Assembly (NCBI GenBank): GCA_963780665.1 | Contig: CAWACJ010000005.1 | Span: forward strand, 118,335 to 182,334 | DNA: 64,000 bases | Reading direction: 5' to 3' | Source of the DNA: an uncultured Methanocellaceae archaeon | GTDB taxonomy: Archaea; Halobacteriota; Methanocellia; Methanocellales; Methanocellaceae | Shown here: positions 39,683-48,639 of the stretch, piece after piece | Layout of the letters: every line of letters starts with the position of its first letter | How positions within the stretch are numbered: the stretch's first letter is position 1 | Position numbers and translations under genes: made by a program | The notes under the pieces: model-generated | The model's database searches: none | What the model saw: only the letters and a program-made list of their open reading frames with translations | What the model was told of the DNA's origin: nothing

Positions 39683-41085
39683 CTTTCAACCTCACGAACG
39701 ATTTTTCCCTCAGAATCCATTACCCTTAGAACGAAGGGCATCTTACCAATCGCGTGCGTTGCGCACGACACGCATGGATCATAGGCCCTGACGACCATCT
39801 CGATGCGGTTGAGCAATCCCTCGTTCACATTATCCCCATGGATGAGCTTTTGTGATGCTTGTAGCACGCCCTTATCTATTGCACGGTTATTATGGCCCGT
39901 AGCCACGATAAGGTTTGCCTTGGTGATAAAGCCCTTGTCATTCACCGTATAGTCGTGAATGAGCGTGCCCCTGGTCGCCTCGACTACGCCTACGCCTCGC
40001 GTGTTCTTTACGCCGGTGACCTCCGTGCGGATATTCTTGCCAGTGATAGCCGGGTCCTGCAGAAGTGTGAGAGCAATCTCGCTGGCCGCGGTATACTCGA
40101 TGACGCGCGCCAGGTGATACATCATGGATCCCTGCGGCGCCCTGCCGAACCTGGAGCGGAACTCGGCAAGCATCTTGTCCGCTTCCGGAGTGCCCATGGA
40201 ATCGACCACGTTAACTCGCGCTAGCGGCCCTACACGATAGAATCCGCTGCCTTGCTTGAGCTTCGTGAACTTCATGTAGGAATATGACTCTGCCATTTCC
40301 TCGATGTAATTCAAATAGTCGGCACCCTGAAAATCACATATCTGTGCAGCGTTTCCATCCAGCACCCTGAGGTTGCCGTCATAGGTCTCCCACTTGCCGC
40401 CGCTGGTCATACCCATGAAATCAGACTGCATTAGACCCAGCCCATTGAAGATATCCGGATATTTATCGAACTGCTGCATGACGATTGGCCATGAGGCTTT
40501 TGATATCTCGACTGAGCGTTTTGCCATTACTTCCAGTTCAGCGCGCTTCTCGTTAGAGAGAGCAAATGCCATGCCGCCCGGAATGGCAGATATGGGGTGT
40601 ATGGGCTTTCCGCCTATCTCCTCGGTGATGCGCTGGCCGATCTTCCTGGCCTCGACTGCCTGCGTTGCCAGCGTTGCGTTAGCCTTGACCAGCCCGGCGA
40701 CATTCCTGAGCGCCGGATCCGAGTCCGGGCCGAGCAGGAAGTCCGGCATGGCCAGGTAGAATAAATGCAGCGAATGCGAGCCGATGAACTGCCCCATGTC
40801 CAGTAATTTTCTGAGCTTGATGCCCGTCTCCGGCACCTGGACTCCGAAAATGGCATCCACAGCCTTGGCCGACGCTAAATGATGTACGGTCGGGCAAATC
40901 CCACAAATCCTCGGGGTGATACGCGGCGCTTCTTCCACTGCCGCACCTTCGAGGAACTTTTCGAAGCCTCTCAGCTCCGTAGCGTGGAAGTGCGCATCCG
41001 CGACTTCGCCCTTATCATCCAGGTCCACGGTCACTGAGGCGTGGCCCTCGATCCTCGACAATGGTGAAATGGTGATCTTTTTCAT
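39676..41085 (-). CDS. [NiFe] hydrogenase large subunit, group 3 (MvhA/Vhu-like), intact
   Basis: Length is 469 aa. Motifs are RIEGH, RICGICPTVHH, and C-terminal DPCVSCATHA, followed by a cleavable extension. Confidence 0.8.
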   Translation of the reverse strand: MKKITISPLSRIEGHASVTVDLDDKGEVADAHFHATELRGFEKFLEGAAVEEAPRITPRICGICPTVHHLASAKAVDAIFGVQVPETGIKLRKLLDMGQFIGSHSLHLFYLAMPDFLLGPDSDPALRNVAGLVKANATLATQAVEARKIGQRITEEIGGKPIHPISAIPGGMAFALSNEKRAELEVMAKRSVEISKASWPIVMQQFDKYPDIFNGLGLMQSDFMGMTSGGKWETYDGNLRVLDGNAAQICDFQGADYLNYIEEMAESYSYMKFTKLKQGSGFYRVGPLARVNVVDSMGTPEADKMLAEFRSRFGRAPQGSMMYHLARVIEYTAASEIALTLLQDPAITGKNIRTEVTGVKNTRGVGVVEATRGTLIHDYTVNDKGFITKANLIVATGHNNRAIDKGVLQASQKLIHGDNVNEGLLNRIEMVVRAYDPCVSCATHAIGKMPFVLRVMDSEGKIVREVERC

Positions 41086-42002
41086 AGGTGTCTCTCCTTG
41101 ATGATGTCGGGTATCTTAGACACCGACTTGTTCTCCATGATCTTGCTGCCCATGACGAACGGGTATATCGTGTGCGGCACGTCATAAAGCTCTTTTTCGA
41201 TTTCCGCCTGCGGCAGATCGGTCAGGTGCTGGATGCGCATGACCAGTATATTATATAGATCTCTACAGGGCTCGCGCAACACGTCTAGCGAGGGGCCGCC
41301 ACAGCCATGGCACGCTACTCCGTGGTGCGTGCAGGTTGCATGGCATCTTCCGAAAGTCACTGACCCAAGGCATATGTAGCCCTGGCCCAGCAGGCACTTA
41401 CCCTCTTCCGGCGTGCCTTCGTACCTGCGCTTGATCTTCCAGTCCTTTACCAGTTCCATGTTGCGGTCGCATTCCGAGCAGACCGACTTTTTGGCCAGTT
41501 CCGGCACGTTTCCTTCTAGGAGAGGCAGCAGTATCTGCCTCAGGAACGCTTCCTTCGGCGGGCATCCGGTAATATAATAGTCCACCTTGACCACGTCGCC
41601 CACTGCGTAGCCCCTGTATAATAACTCGGGTATGTCGTCCTTGGGTATCGTTTTAGACGTCAGCCCCGCGCTTTCGGTGTACACGCCGTTCAGGATCTCG
41701 TCCCTGCTGTGTATGATCGACAAGCCGGACACACCGCCATAACAGGCGCAGGTGCCGAACGCGATGAGTATTTTAGCGCGCTGCCGAAGCTTTTTCACGC
41801 GCTCCATATTCTCCTTGTTCCTGATGGCGCCCGCCACTATGGCAATATCGATGTTCTCGGGCGGTTCCTTTACGTCCATGAGTATGGGGGAATAGACGAT
41901 CTCGGCTTTGCTTAATAGCTGTAGGATATCCTCGTGAATGTCCAGGAGCCCCATATGGCAGCCTGCGCACGATGCTAATGGTTCAGTTGCGAGCTTGATC
42001 AT
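41082..42002 (-). CDS. [NiFe] hydrogenase small subunit (MvhG-like), intact
   Basis: Length is 306 aa. Motifs are SCAGCHM, FGTCACYGGV, and ITGCPP, plus distal-cluster cysteines. Confidence 0.8.
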   Translation of the reverse strand: MIKLATEPLASCAGCHMGLLDIHEDILQLLSKAEIVYSPILMDVKEPPENIDIAIVAGAIRNKENMERVKKLRQRAKILIAFGTCACYGGVSGLSIIHSRDEILNGVYTESAGLTSKTIPKDDIPELLYRGYAVGDVVKVDYYITGCPPKEAFLRQILLPLLEGNVPELAKKSVCSECDRNMELVKDWKIKRRYEGTPEEGKCLLGQGYICLGSVTFGRCHATCTHHGVACHGCGGPSLDVLREPCRDLYNILVMRIQHLTDLPQAEIEKELYDVPHTIYPFVMGSKIMENKSVSKIPDIIKERHL

Positions 42003-42006
42003 GTCC

Positions 42007-42561
42007 TCACCTCAAAATGAGCTTTTTTAAGCATGTGTTGGGGCCGACGTGTACGATCTCCAGCTTTCCGCGCTTGCCCGTGATCTCCTCGACCGCGCCG
42101 ACCATGTAGCCGTACAGGCTCTGGCACAGCGGGCCTTTCTGGGACATTCCCTCGTGCCTCAAAGTTTGCCGGACGAGGCAATCCCTGAACACGAGATATA
42201 TGAACGTCTCGCCATTTTCCGTGATGATATAAGAGTCCTTGTCCTTGGGCTTCCACAGCTCGAAGTTATACTGCCTGCCGAGTATCTCGGATAACTCCTT
42301 CAGTGCCTTCTCGACGTTATCGGTCTTGGGGAAGAACTTAGCCGTCTCGTGGCCCATCTTATTCCCGGCCCTGTAGACGACCGCATTGGCGCCGCTCCGG
42401 GCGATCTCCTCGAGCGAGCGTATGATCGTGGCGTTCAAGACCATCAGGCCGTGGAGCGCCTCCTCGTAATCGTAGATGTTGCCTTCGCAGTGCATCGGCA
42501 TCTCTTCGGGCTTAACGGAGTGTTCCATCGACATTATACGAACCTCCGCAGCATAGAGCAT
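42007..42561 (-). CDS. V4R-like (vinyl-4-reductase-type) domain protein encoded upstream of the hydrogenase subunits
   Basis: Length is 184 aa. ...CLVRQTLRHEGMSQKGPLCQSLYGYMVGAVEE resembles the V4R Cys-containing region. No MvhD-like [2Fe-2S] motif was found. Confidence 0.4.
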   Translation of the reverse strand: MLYAAEVRIMSMEHSVKPEEMPMHCEGNIYDYEEALHGLMVLNATIIRSLEEIARSGANAVVYRAGNKMGHETAKFFPKTDNVEKALKELSEILGRQYNFELWKPKDKDSYIITENGETFIYLVFRDCLVRQTLRHEGMSQKGPLCQSLYGYMVGAVEEITGKRGKLEIVHVGPNTCLKKLILR

Positions 42562-42779
42562 ACGTCCAGGTCGACGTAAAGGCGTCTCGATAAGTAGATG
42601 TCCTGGTGCTCTATCGCGTTTGCCGGGCAGATCTCATGACATGACAGGCACATCATGCAATCGTCCGGGTTCACTACACTGGAGCGCCCGTCTTTCAGCT
42701 CGTATACCTTCATCGGGCAATCGTGCACACACAAGCCGCATCCAATGCACACATCTTTGTCCAAGATAATGTTTACCAT
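42534..42779 (-). CDS. 2x[4Fe-4S] ferredoxin
   Basis: Length is 81 aa, with CIGCGLCVHDCP and CMMCLSCHEICP. Confidence 0.7.
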   Translation of the reverse strand: MVNIILDKDVCIGCGLCVHDCPMKVYELKDGRSSVVNPDDCMMCLSCHEICPANAIEHQDIYLSRRLYVDLDVCSMLRRFV

Positions 42780-43519
42780 CTTTTTTCCCCATCCTCAACG
42801 GTTGGTAATTCTGTAATAGCCAGATATATAAGAAATAAATGATAGATTACTTAGATATATATCTATTCCTGATGCGTGGAAATTATTTCGCTGAAAATGA
42901 TAAGTTAAATAAATAATTGACGATTTTCAATTAATTTATAGCTTAATAAGCGATGAAATGATAATTTTGTTCAAAATATTTATTAAAGATCATTCATTCA
43001 TGCCATTTCAGGTCCCGTCGCTCTGGAGTAGCCCATATGCCATTTCCGGGATAATATTAATGTGCTATTTACGTTCACGACTCATCAATAGTTCGCGCCC
43101 GAAATCCGTTGTTTCATTTTTAGTGGCTGCTTTGTTGTCTGTACGTATGGAGAGACAACAAACCAACAACAAAACAAAGAGCTTACGATATAACCATGGA
43201 ACAAGTGATCTCCGTGGAGAAAAGCGGTGCATTTCGAGAATCTCGTGGCGAATTTGGCCTGATCCTTGCCGAAACGTTGCTAGTTATTTTCAGCTTCTCA
43301 TTTTTTTACTGAAGTGAAAATTAAATATTTTAATGTTAATTTTAGCAAGTAGTATACGACAAAGTTAATAAACCAGCCCAAATTATCTATGTTTCGCGGT
43401 CATGTATATCAAACAGCGGTGACCGGTATTCGTTTAAAAACGCGTGAAAACACCTAAAAACAGGGCACATACACGCTTTGACTTCATGAGAACGGTGAAA
43501 GCCGTAAACGGGTGAGTGA

Positions 43520-44200
43520 ATGGAAAACGATGTAGCGAAGATGCAGGCCATAAACGAATATCTTAGCGATTCGAGGGAACGTTTCGTAAACATAAATCAG
43601 GATTATTTCGATAACCGTATCCCGGACATTATGCTGCGTATCAGCGACCGGCTCTACAGCCGTATCGGGTATGCGCATAGTAATCCGCTCGGTATTGTTC
43701 TATCTTACCGGTATTTGGAGAAATATGGCTGGGAAACCCTGGATGAGGTACTGAGGCACGAGATCGCACACATATATGCTTTTCACTTTTATGGAGAGCG
43801 AGGCCACCGCGGGAGCCATTTTTTAGACGCCTGCCGCAGGATGGAAGTGTCGCCCTCCGCGCGTACGAACGAATTATTCGTCGAGCGTCAAAAGTGGTTT
43901 TATCGCTGCAGGAAATGCGGTGAAGCGGTCGCTACCTACAGGCCTTTGAGGAAGGTGGAGTATTGTGATTGCTGCGAGCCCTGCGATGATAATATGCTCA
44001 TCAAGGTAAACCCGGACCAGATGAACATGCCGCTCAACGAGTTCAGGGCACACGTAATGCCTAAGATCTCCATCTATGTATGCACGCAGTGCGGCCGCGA
44101 AGTACGCCGCTATAAGCGCTGGGGGGAGAAGCATTCATGTGCGATCTGCCACCCGGATGTGTTCGATGAAAAATGCCTGATGACGCTGGTCAAAGGCTAA
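43520..44200 (+). CDS. SprT-like zinc metalloprotease with C-terminal zinc ribbons
   Basis: HEIAHIYAF (HExxH) lies in an SprT-like context, with CRKCGEAV...CDCCEPC and CTQCG...CAICH ribbons. Confidence 0.6.
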   Translation: MENDVAKMQAINEYLSDSRERFVNINQDYFDNRIPDIMLRISDRLYSRIGYAHSNPLGIVLSYRYLEKYGWETLDEVLRHEIAHIYAFHFYGERGHRGSHFLDACRRMEVSPSARTNELFVERQKWFYRCRKCGEAVATYRPLRKVEYCDCCEPCDDNMLIKVNPDQMNMPLNEFRAHVMPKISIYVCTQCGREVRRYKRWGEKHSCAICHPDVFDEKCLMTLVKG

Positions 44201-44320
44201 AATTTTTTTTTGCCAGCCAGGCGGGGGCCTTTATTCCATCGTACCATCGCAAATTGAAAACAGCCTCCGGCGGCTGAACTATTACGAACATTTTGTTTAG
44301 GGCGATTTCGTCTTGCGCTT

Positions 44321-44623
44321 ATGCAGGCATATACCCATATCGATGCTCTACTTTACATTTATCATATGGACTTTTTAGGGTTCGTGGAAAAGTATGGCGA
44401 AGCGACGACGAGATCAGCTCTCATGCTGGTGGTCGGCCGCATCAGGGGCATAATAAAAGAAAAGGTCGCCAGAGCTGCGGCCACGGACGGCATAGTGACA
44501 CTTTCTATAGATGAGCTGAGATGCGATGTCGCAAGCGTAGCTCACGTGCTTAATGAGTTTCCCTTTTCACCTGAAGAAAAAAACATACTACTCCATAAGG
44601 CATGGGAGATCGTGTCTCCATAA
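44321..44623 (+). CDS. Hypothetical protein
   Basis: A 100-aa ORF in an otherwise empty region. No motif was recognised. Confidence 0.3.
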   Translation: MQAYTHIDALLYIYHMDFLGFVEKYGEATTRSALMLVVGRIRGIIKEKVARAAATDGIVTLSIDELRCDVASVAHVLNEFPFSPEEKNILLHKAWEIVSP

Positions 44624-44665
44624 AGAAACTATTTTTAATCGCCGCGCATTATCAGTCAGCGTCAT

Positions 44666-45673
44666 ATGAAGAAGATCATCAAGGATTTCGAGTGCGCCAT
44701 GTGCGGCCAGTGCTGTGCCAGCCAGGATCTCGTGCAGTTGACGACCTTCGAGCTGTATAAGCTCGCGGACCATTTGCACCTGAAGCCTGCTGATTTCTTT
44801 AATCAGTATTGTGAGCTTGGAGCTACGAATTTAACCCCGACCCCGCACCTGTATATTAAAACAAATAACGGCGCCTGCCCGTTCCTAAAGGAGAACAAAT
44901 GCAGCGTTCATGGGGCTCGACCGTATGCCTGCAGGGCATATCCGCAGCGTGCCTACTGGGTGCCGGTTGCGGACATGAAAGGCTTCGTGCGCACAAAATA
45001 CCCGACGCTCGAGGCTTCGTGCAGCCTTTTTACGCTTAAGGACCGGGACGTGCTGATCGGCGATTTTGATCTTCTGGCGAAGCAGACCATATCGTACTGG
45101 GTGGATGACGCGTACTTCAGCATGGCTGGTGACCAGGTGGATCTCTCGGTGCCTTATAAAGTAGCCGTTCATTACATCCATGATAAAGATATGCGAGAGA
45201 CTGCAAAGCGCTATGTGGTAAACGCTCAGCATGGCCCGTCGGCTTTTAGCGCGGAACGCGCATATGCGCAGATATCTCTTACTTTAATGGCATACGCCTG
45301 GGGTGCCGTAACCTCATTCGTGCCTGTGCATTCGCAAGTCATCAAAGAGGACGAGCGTATCGGTAAATTCCTGCTCTTCAAGACGGACGCGAACTCGGCA
45401 ACAGCGATGAAAATGCTCGTAGAGGGCGGCAAGATGGACGTGGCAAGGACGCTGGTGGCAGACTCGAAGACATATCCGGACCGTCATATCGTCAGTGCCA
45501 TCCATGGCTCGAGTGCCGATGGCATCACGCTGGGATTTCAATTTGACCTGGATAGCGCTACGATGGCGGTGCTCACGAGGAACGGGACGCAGCCGGTCTA
45601 CGCCTTCTTCGTGCCGGAGAGCGGCGAAGATACGAAAATGGTCGGGTTTAAGTTGAGCATAAAGCCCTTTTAA
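44666..45673 (+). CDS. YkgJ/UPF0153-type CxxCxxCC putative Fe/Zn-binding protein with a large C-terminal extension
   Basis: N-terminus: ...FECAMCGQCCAS...GACPFLKENKCSVHGARPYACRAYP... Confidence 0.5.
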   Translation: MKKIIKDFECAMCGQCCASQDLVQLTTFELYKLADHLHLKPADFFNQYCELGATNLTPTPHLYIKTNNGACPFLKENKCSVHGARPYACRAYPQRAYWVPVADMKGFVRTKYPTLEASCSLFTLKDRDVLIGDFDLLAKQTISYWVDDAYFSMAGDQVDLSVPYKVAVHYIHDKDMRETAKRYVVNAQHGPSAFSAERAYAQISLTLMAYAWGAVTSFVPVHSQVIKEDERIGKFLLFKTDANSATAMKMLVEGGKMDVARTLVADSKTYPDRHIVSAIHGSSADGITLGFQFDLDSATMAVLTRNGTQPVYAFFVPESGEDTKMVGFKLSIKPF

Positions 45674-45829
45674 GGCGAAAACCAATATGAGGATGCACGA
45701 GTAATATAGCTTGGTAACGACCTGTCATGCGCGAAGAAGATAAGAAGAACGAAGAGATCGTGAGGATCTATGCTCATTCGGGTACTTTTGAGTATATACC
45801 TCGAGCGACTCCTGCAGGATGAAAATGTA

Positions 45830-46168
45830 ATGGCGAAGCCGGTCGCTCCTCCGAAGTGCGTGATCTGTGGCAAGACGGAGCCCGAGCCTTTCGAATGCGA
45901 GCACTGTGGGAAATATTATTGCGACGAGCACCTGGCGCCCGAGAAGCATAAATGCACGTATGAGAAGGACAAGCTAGAGGAACGCAAGCAGGAAGAGCTC
46001 GCCCTGAAGATGTCGTTGATGTCAAAGCTGGAAAATATTAGCGCGCAAAGGCCGGATATCTACATGCTGATCGACCAGGCATCCGCAAAAGAGCTGAAGG
46101 AGATGCTCATGCATATAGATGCGCTGGAAAAGTTACTGGCGAATGTCAATAAGGACGACTTAGAATAA
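45830..46168 (+). CDS. AN1-type zinc finger protein
   Basis: CVICGKTEPEPFECEHCGKYYCDEHLAPEKHKC is followed by a coiled-coil tail. I take the internal Met as the start; the track ORF begins at 45770. Confidence 0.55.
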   Translation: MAKPVAPPKCVICGKTEPEPFECEHCGKYYCDEHLAPEKHKCTYEKDKLEERKQEELALKMSLMSKLENISAQRPDIYMLIDQASAKELKEMLMHIDALEKLLANVNKDDLE

Positions 46169-46247
46169 AGTGCGGCTATATTATTTACGTAACCGGAAAA
46201 TATTAAATAGTATCAGTAGAAATTAGAGCGTCAGGCATTTCTTGATG

Positions 46248-46330
46248 TCGCGGTATCCAAGCCTGGTATGGAGCAGGTTTGCTAAACCTGTGTTCGAAAG
46301 GACTCCGGAGTTCAAATCTCCGCCGCGGCG
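46248..46330 (+). tRNA. tRNA-Ser (anticodon GCU)
   Basis: The acceptor stem is GTCGCGG paired with CCGCGGC plus G. The D-arm is UCCA/UGGA. The anticodon stem CAGGT/ACCTG carries the loop TTGCTAA, giving GCT. There is a long variable arm, and the T-arm is CGGAG-TTCAAAT-CTCCG. Confidence 0.8.
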
Positions 46331-46393
46331 CTGAAGCAGGTGTATCCGGGCCTTCTGGCTTGGATACATGATTTGTTTTTAATGGTTTTCTTT

Positions 46394-46503
46394 GTTTTCG
46401 CGGGTGCGACGATATAGAAGAAAATATAGTTTATCACCATTTTCGCGGGTGCGACGATTAAAGAAGAAAATATAGTTTATCACCATTTTCGCGGGTGCGA
46501 CGC
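46394..46503. repeat. Tandem direct repeat, ~46-47 bp unit x ~2.4, followed by GC-rich low-complexity sequence
   Basis: ttttcgcgggtgcgacgat[at/ta]a[g/a]aagaaaatatagtttatcaccat is repeated, and a third partial unit follows. The intervening sequences are identical, so this is not a CRISPR. Downstream lies gctcgc/cttcgc-rich sequence and the hairpin cgtgccgacatgacggcacg. Confidence 0.7.
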
Positions 46504-46816
46504 TCGCTCTCTTCGTTCGCTCGCTACTCGTCGTTTTGGGTGCTTCGATGTCCGGGCCGGGCTCGCACCCTCGCTCGGCTTCGCTTCGCTCGCCTCGCTC
46601 CGCAAGCCCTAAGCAGCGTGCCGACATGACGGCACGCTCATTGCCCGGCCATCTACGCATCGGCCTTCGGCCGACTGATGCCCAAAACGCCTCGCCGACT
46701 GCGACCGTCGTAATTATTATGTCTGTTTTTTAAAATACTTTCAATAAACTATAACCTCAAATTAATATTGATAACTGAATAATCGATTGTATAAGATAAT
46801 CCGGGAGGATAATTTG

Positions 46817-47200
46817 ATGTTTAGTGAATGTGAGATCAAGAAACAGCCGGCCCAGCCGGTGATGTCTATACGTGCGAGAACGTCTGTGCAGAATCTGCCC
46901 ATGGTTCTTGGAAAAGCTTTCGGCGACGTGGCAATGTATATCGGCGAGCAAGGCCAGCAGCCACAGGGTCCGCCCTTTGTTGCATATTATAATATGGACA
47001 TGGAAAATCTTGACATCGAGATAGGTTTCCCGGTCTCGAAAAAGTTACCAGGTAGAGGCGAGGTCAAGGCGAGCGAGATACCTGCGGGTAAGGTGGCCAC
47101 CTGCGTATATACCGGGCCGTATGGCGAAGAAATGAAGGCGGCTTATGAGGCGCTCGGCAAGCTGGTGGAGGATAAAGGGTACGTACCGACGCCAATATAA
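46817..47200 (+). CDS. GyrI-like / AraC-effector-binding-like small-molecule-binding domain protein
   Basis: About 127 aa from the internal Met. ...FVAYYNMDMENLDIEIGFPV...GKVATCVYTGPYGE... fits GyrI-like patterns. Confidence 0.5.
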   Translation: MFSECEIKKQPAQPVMSIRARTSVQNLPMVLGKAFGDVAMYIGEQGQQPQGPPFVAYYNMDMENLDIEIGFPVSKKLPGRGEVKASEIPAGKVATCVYTGPYGEEMKAAYEALGKLVEDKGYVPTPI

Positions 47201-47275
47201 AATTTTTTAAAGGCTTGCGGAAAACTTTTTGAAAAAAGTTTTCCTGCTATGTTATATATAATTTTAAAGTTTATA

Positions 47276-47587
47276 TTACAAACCAGTTTGGAGCGCCGAG
47301 CCGATACCGTTGCACCGGAACTCCGGGCACACATATAGGGCGACCAACCACGGGCAAAGATCCTGCCGCGATAGGATATCTGCCCGCGAGAGCCCGACAG
47401 TGCCAGTCGGCGTGCCGTCGACGAACGCAACGTAGATCATTGGAAAATCGGTGTTCCTACAATGCGCGACCAGACTGCGCCAAAATTCGACGTTCTTCGG
47501 TGTACCAAAGCTCTCACAGAGCCAACGGATTATCAGGTCTTTGAGTTCCGGATGCTCGGCCACATCGTAGAATTCAATTGCGTTCAT
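47276..47587 (-). pseudogene. GNAT acetyltransferase fragment (truncated after motif A)
   Basis: ...VALYVCPEFRCNGIGSAL is motif A, but the ORF stops ~15 aa later. Motif B and the remaining ~40 aa expected for GNATs are absent. Confidence 0.45.
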
Positions 47588-47734
47588 AACCTACCCATAT
47601 CGGTTACTTCTATAATAAAATTATCAATATAGCCAAAGAACACCTATATACCAAGCATTAGCCTACAACCACTCACACAACAATCCATTACCAAAATTCA
47701 ACACAGCATCAACGAAGTCAATGTATCAAGAAAT

Positions 47735-48160
47735 TTTTATGAAAATATTCTAGCGCAGAAGGTCGCGTTTGATCATGGCGAATGTGTGACTTTTTCAGCC
47801 GGATTCGCTATAATGCTCAGGAGCTTCGCGCATAAGATCATATTTAACGGACAAAATATTGAGACGTCATCCGAACAAAACACCGGTGTCGAGCTATATT
47901 TTGAAACGGACGATATTGTAGGTGTGCGGGACTCATTTCTGAAACGAAGAGTGGAATTTATTCATGATATTTTTGAACAGCCATGGGGGTAGCGTGTGTT
48001 CAGGATATATGACCCGGACAAGTACATCGTTGAATTTGGAGAGCCCATGGATATAGTGATAAAAAGGTATATTGGACAGGGAATGTCAGCAGAAGAGACA
48101 GCGATCAGGACTTCGATGCCATTAGATATCGTAAGTCAGGTGGAAAAGAAGATTCGTTAA
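47735..48160 (+). pseudogene. VOC/glyoxalase-family gene remnant with an in-frame TAG (47990-47992) and no canonical start
   Basis: A single frame reads ...FYENILAQKVAFDHGECVTFSAGFAIML...ELYFETDDIVGVRDSF...EQPWG*RVFRIYDPDKYIVEFGEP... The stop replaces the conserved Q of the WGQR motif, and upstream there is no ATG/GTG/TTG giving a full domain. Confidence 0.5.
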
Positions 48161-48201
48161 ACGGCAGGCTCAAAGATCACAACATTTTACTAATTAAACG
48201 A

Positions 48202-48639
48202 TTAATAATTGGGCCCGAACTCTATTTTGTGTAGCAGTTCTTTGTCCGCTTCCGTCATCTTCGCATCCGAGCATATATGATATAGACATACGGGACTTCG
48301 TAGCTCTCGTGGTATGATACATCCCCGATCATCCCGGCAGAACCCGTCCCTGGCGTCGCAATATTCGGCCATCTTTCTTGCGGAGTCTTCGTCCAGCATA
48401 TGCTCTTCTCTTTGCCAGTGCCCGCAGGTATCGACGCAATCCGAGCAGCATCCTTCGGGCTTTACATCACTGTATCTGCAAAAGCTCTTGCCGTCGCTGC
48501 AGTCAAAATCAATGCCTTCGGTCTGCTTGGCCAGCGCTCGATAAGTGTCGACATCATAGCCGCGTATACTCCTGACATCCTTTGGAACGATGGTGATCTT
48601 TAATTTAGAAAGTAAATGCTCGAATTCATCATAACGCAT
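48202..48639 (-). CDS. Cysteine-rich hypothetical protein
   Basis: About 146 aa from MRYDEF. It has many Cys in C-x-x-C-like spacing: CSDGKSFC, CCSDCVDTC, CIIP...C. Confidence 0.35.
   Translation of the reverse strand: MRYDEFEHLLSKLKITIVPKDVRSIRGYDVDTYRALAKQTEGIDFDCSDGKSFCRYSDVKPEGCCSDCVDTCGHWQREEHMLDEDSARKMAEYCDARDGFCRDDRGCIIPRELRSPVCLYHICSDAKMTEADKELLHKIEFGPNY

Noticed and set aside
39676-41085. Selenocysteine (in-frame TGA) in hydrogenase large subunits
   Set aside because: Both the MvhA-like and FrhA-like C-terminal motifs read DPC(V/I)SCATH with ordinary Cys codons.
44250-44275. Recurrence of the gcctccggcggc core of the 6.9-kb palindromic element (acagcctccggcggctgaac)
   Set aside because: It is a short GC-rich palindrome without the flanking ttgtgtaag/cttacaca arms, so it is probably coincidental.
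46394-46503. Possible mini-CRISPR (18-nt ttttcgcgggtgcgacga units separated by ~29 nt)
   Set aside because: The would-be spacers are themselves near-identical, so this is a simple 46-47-bp tandem repeat. No cas genes are nearby.
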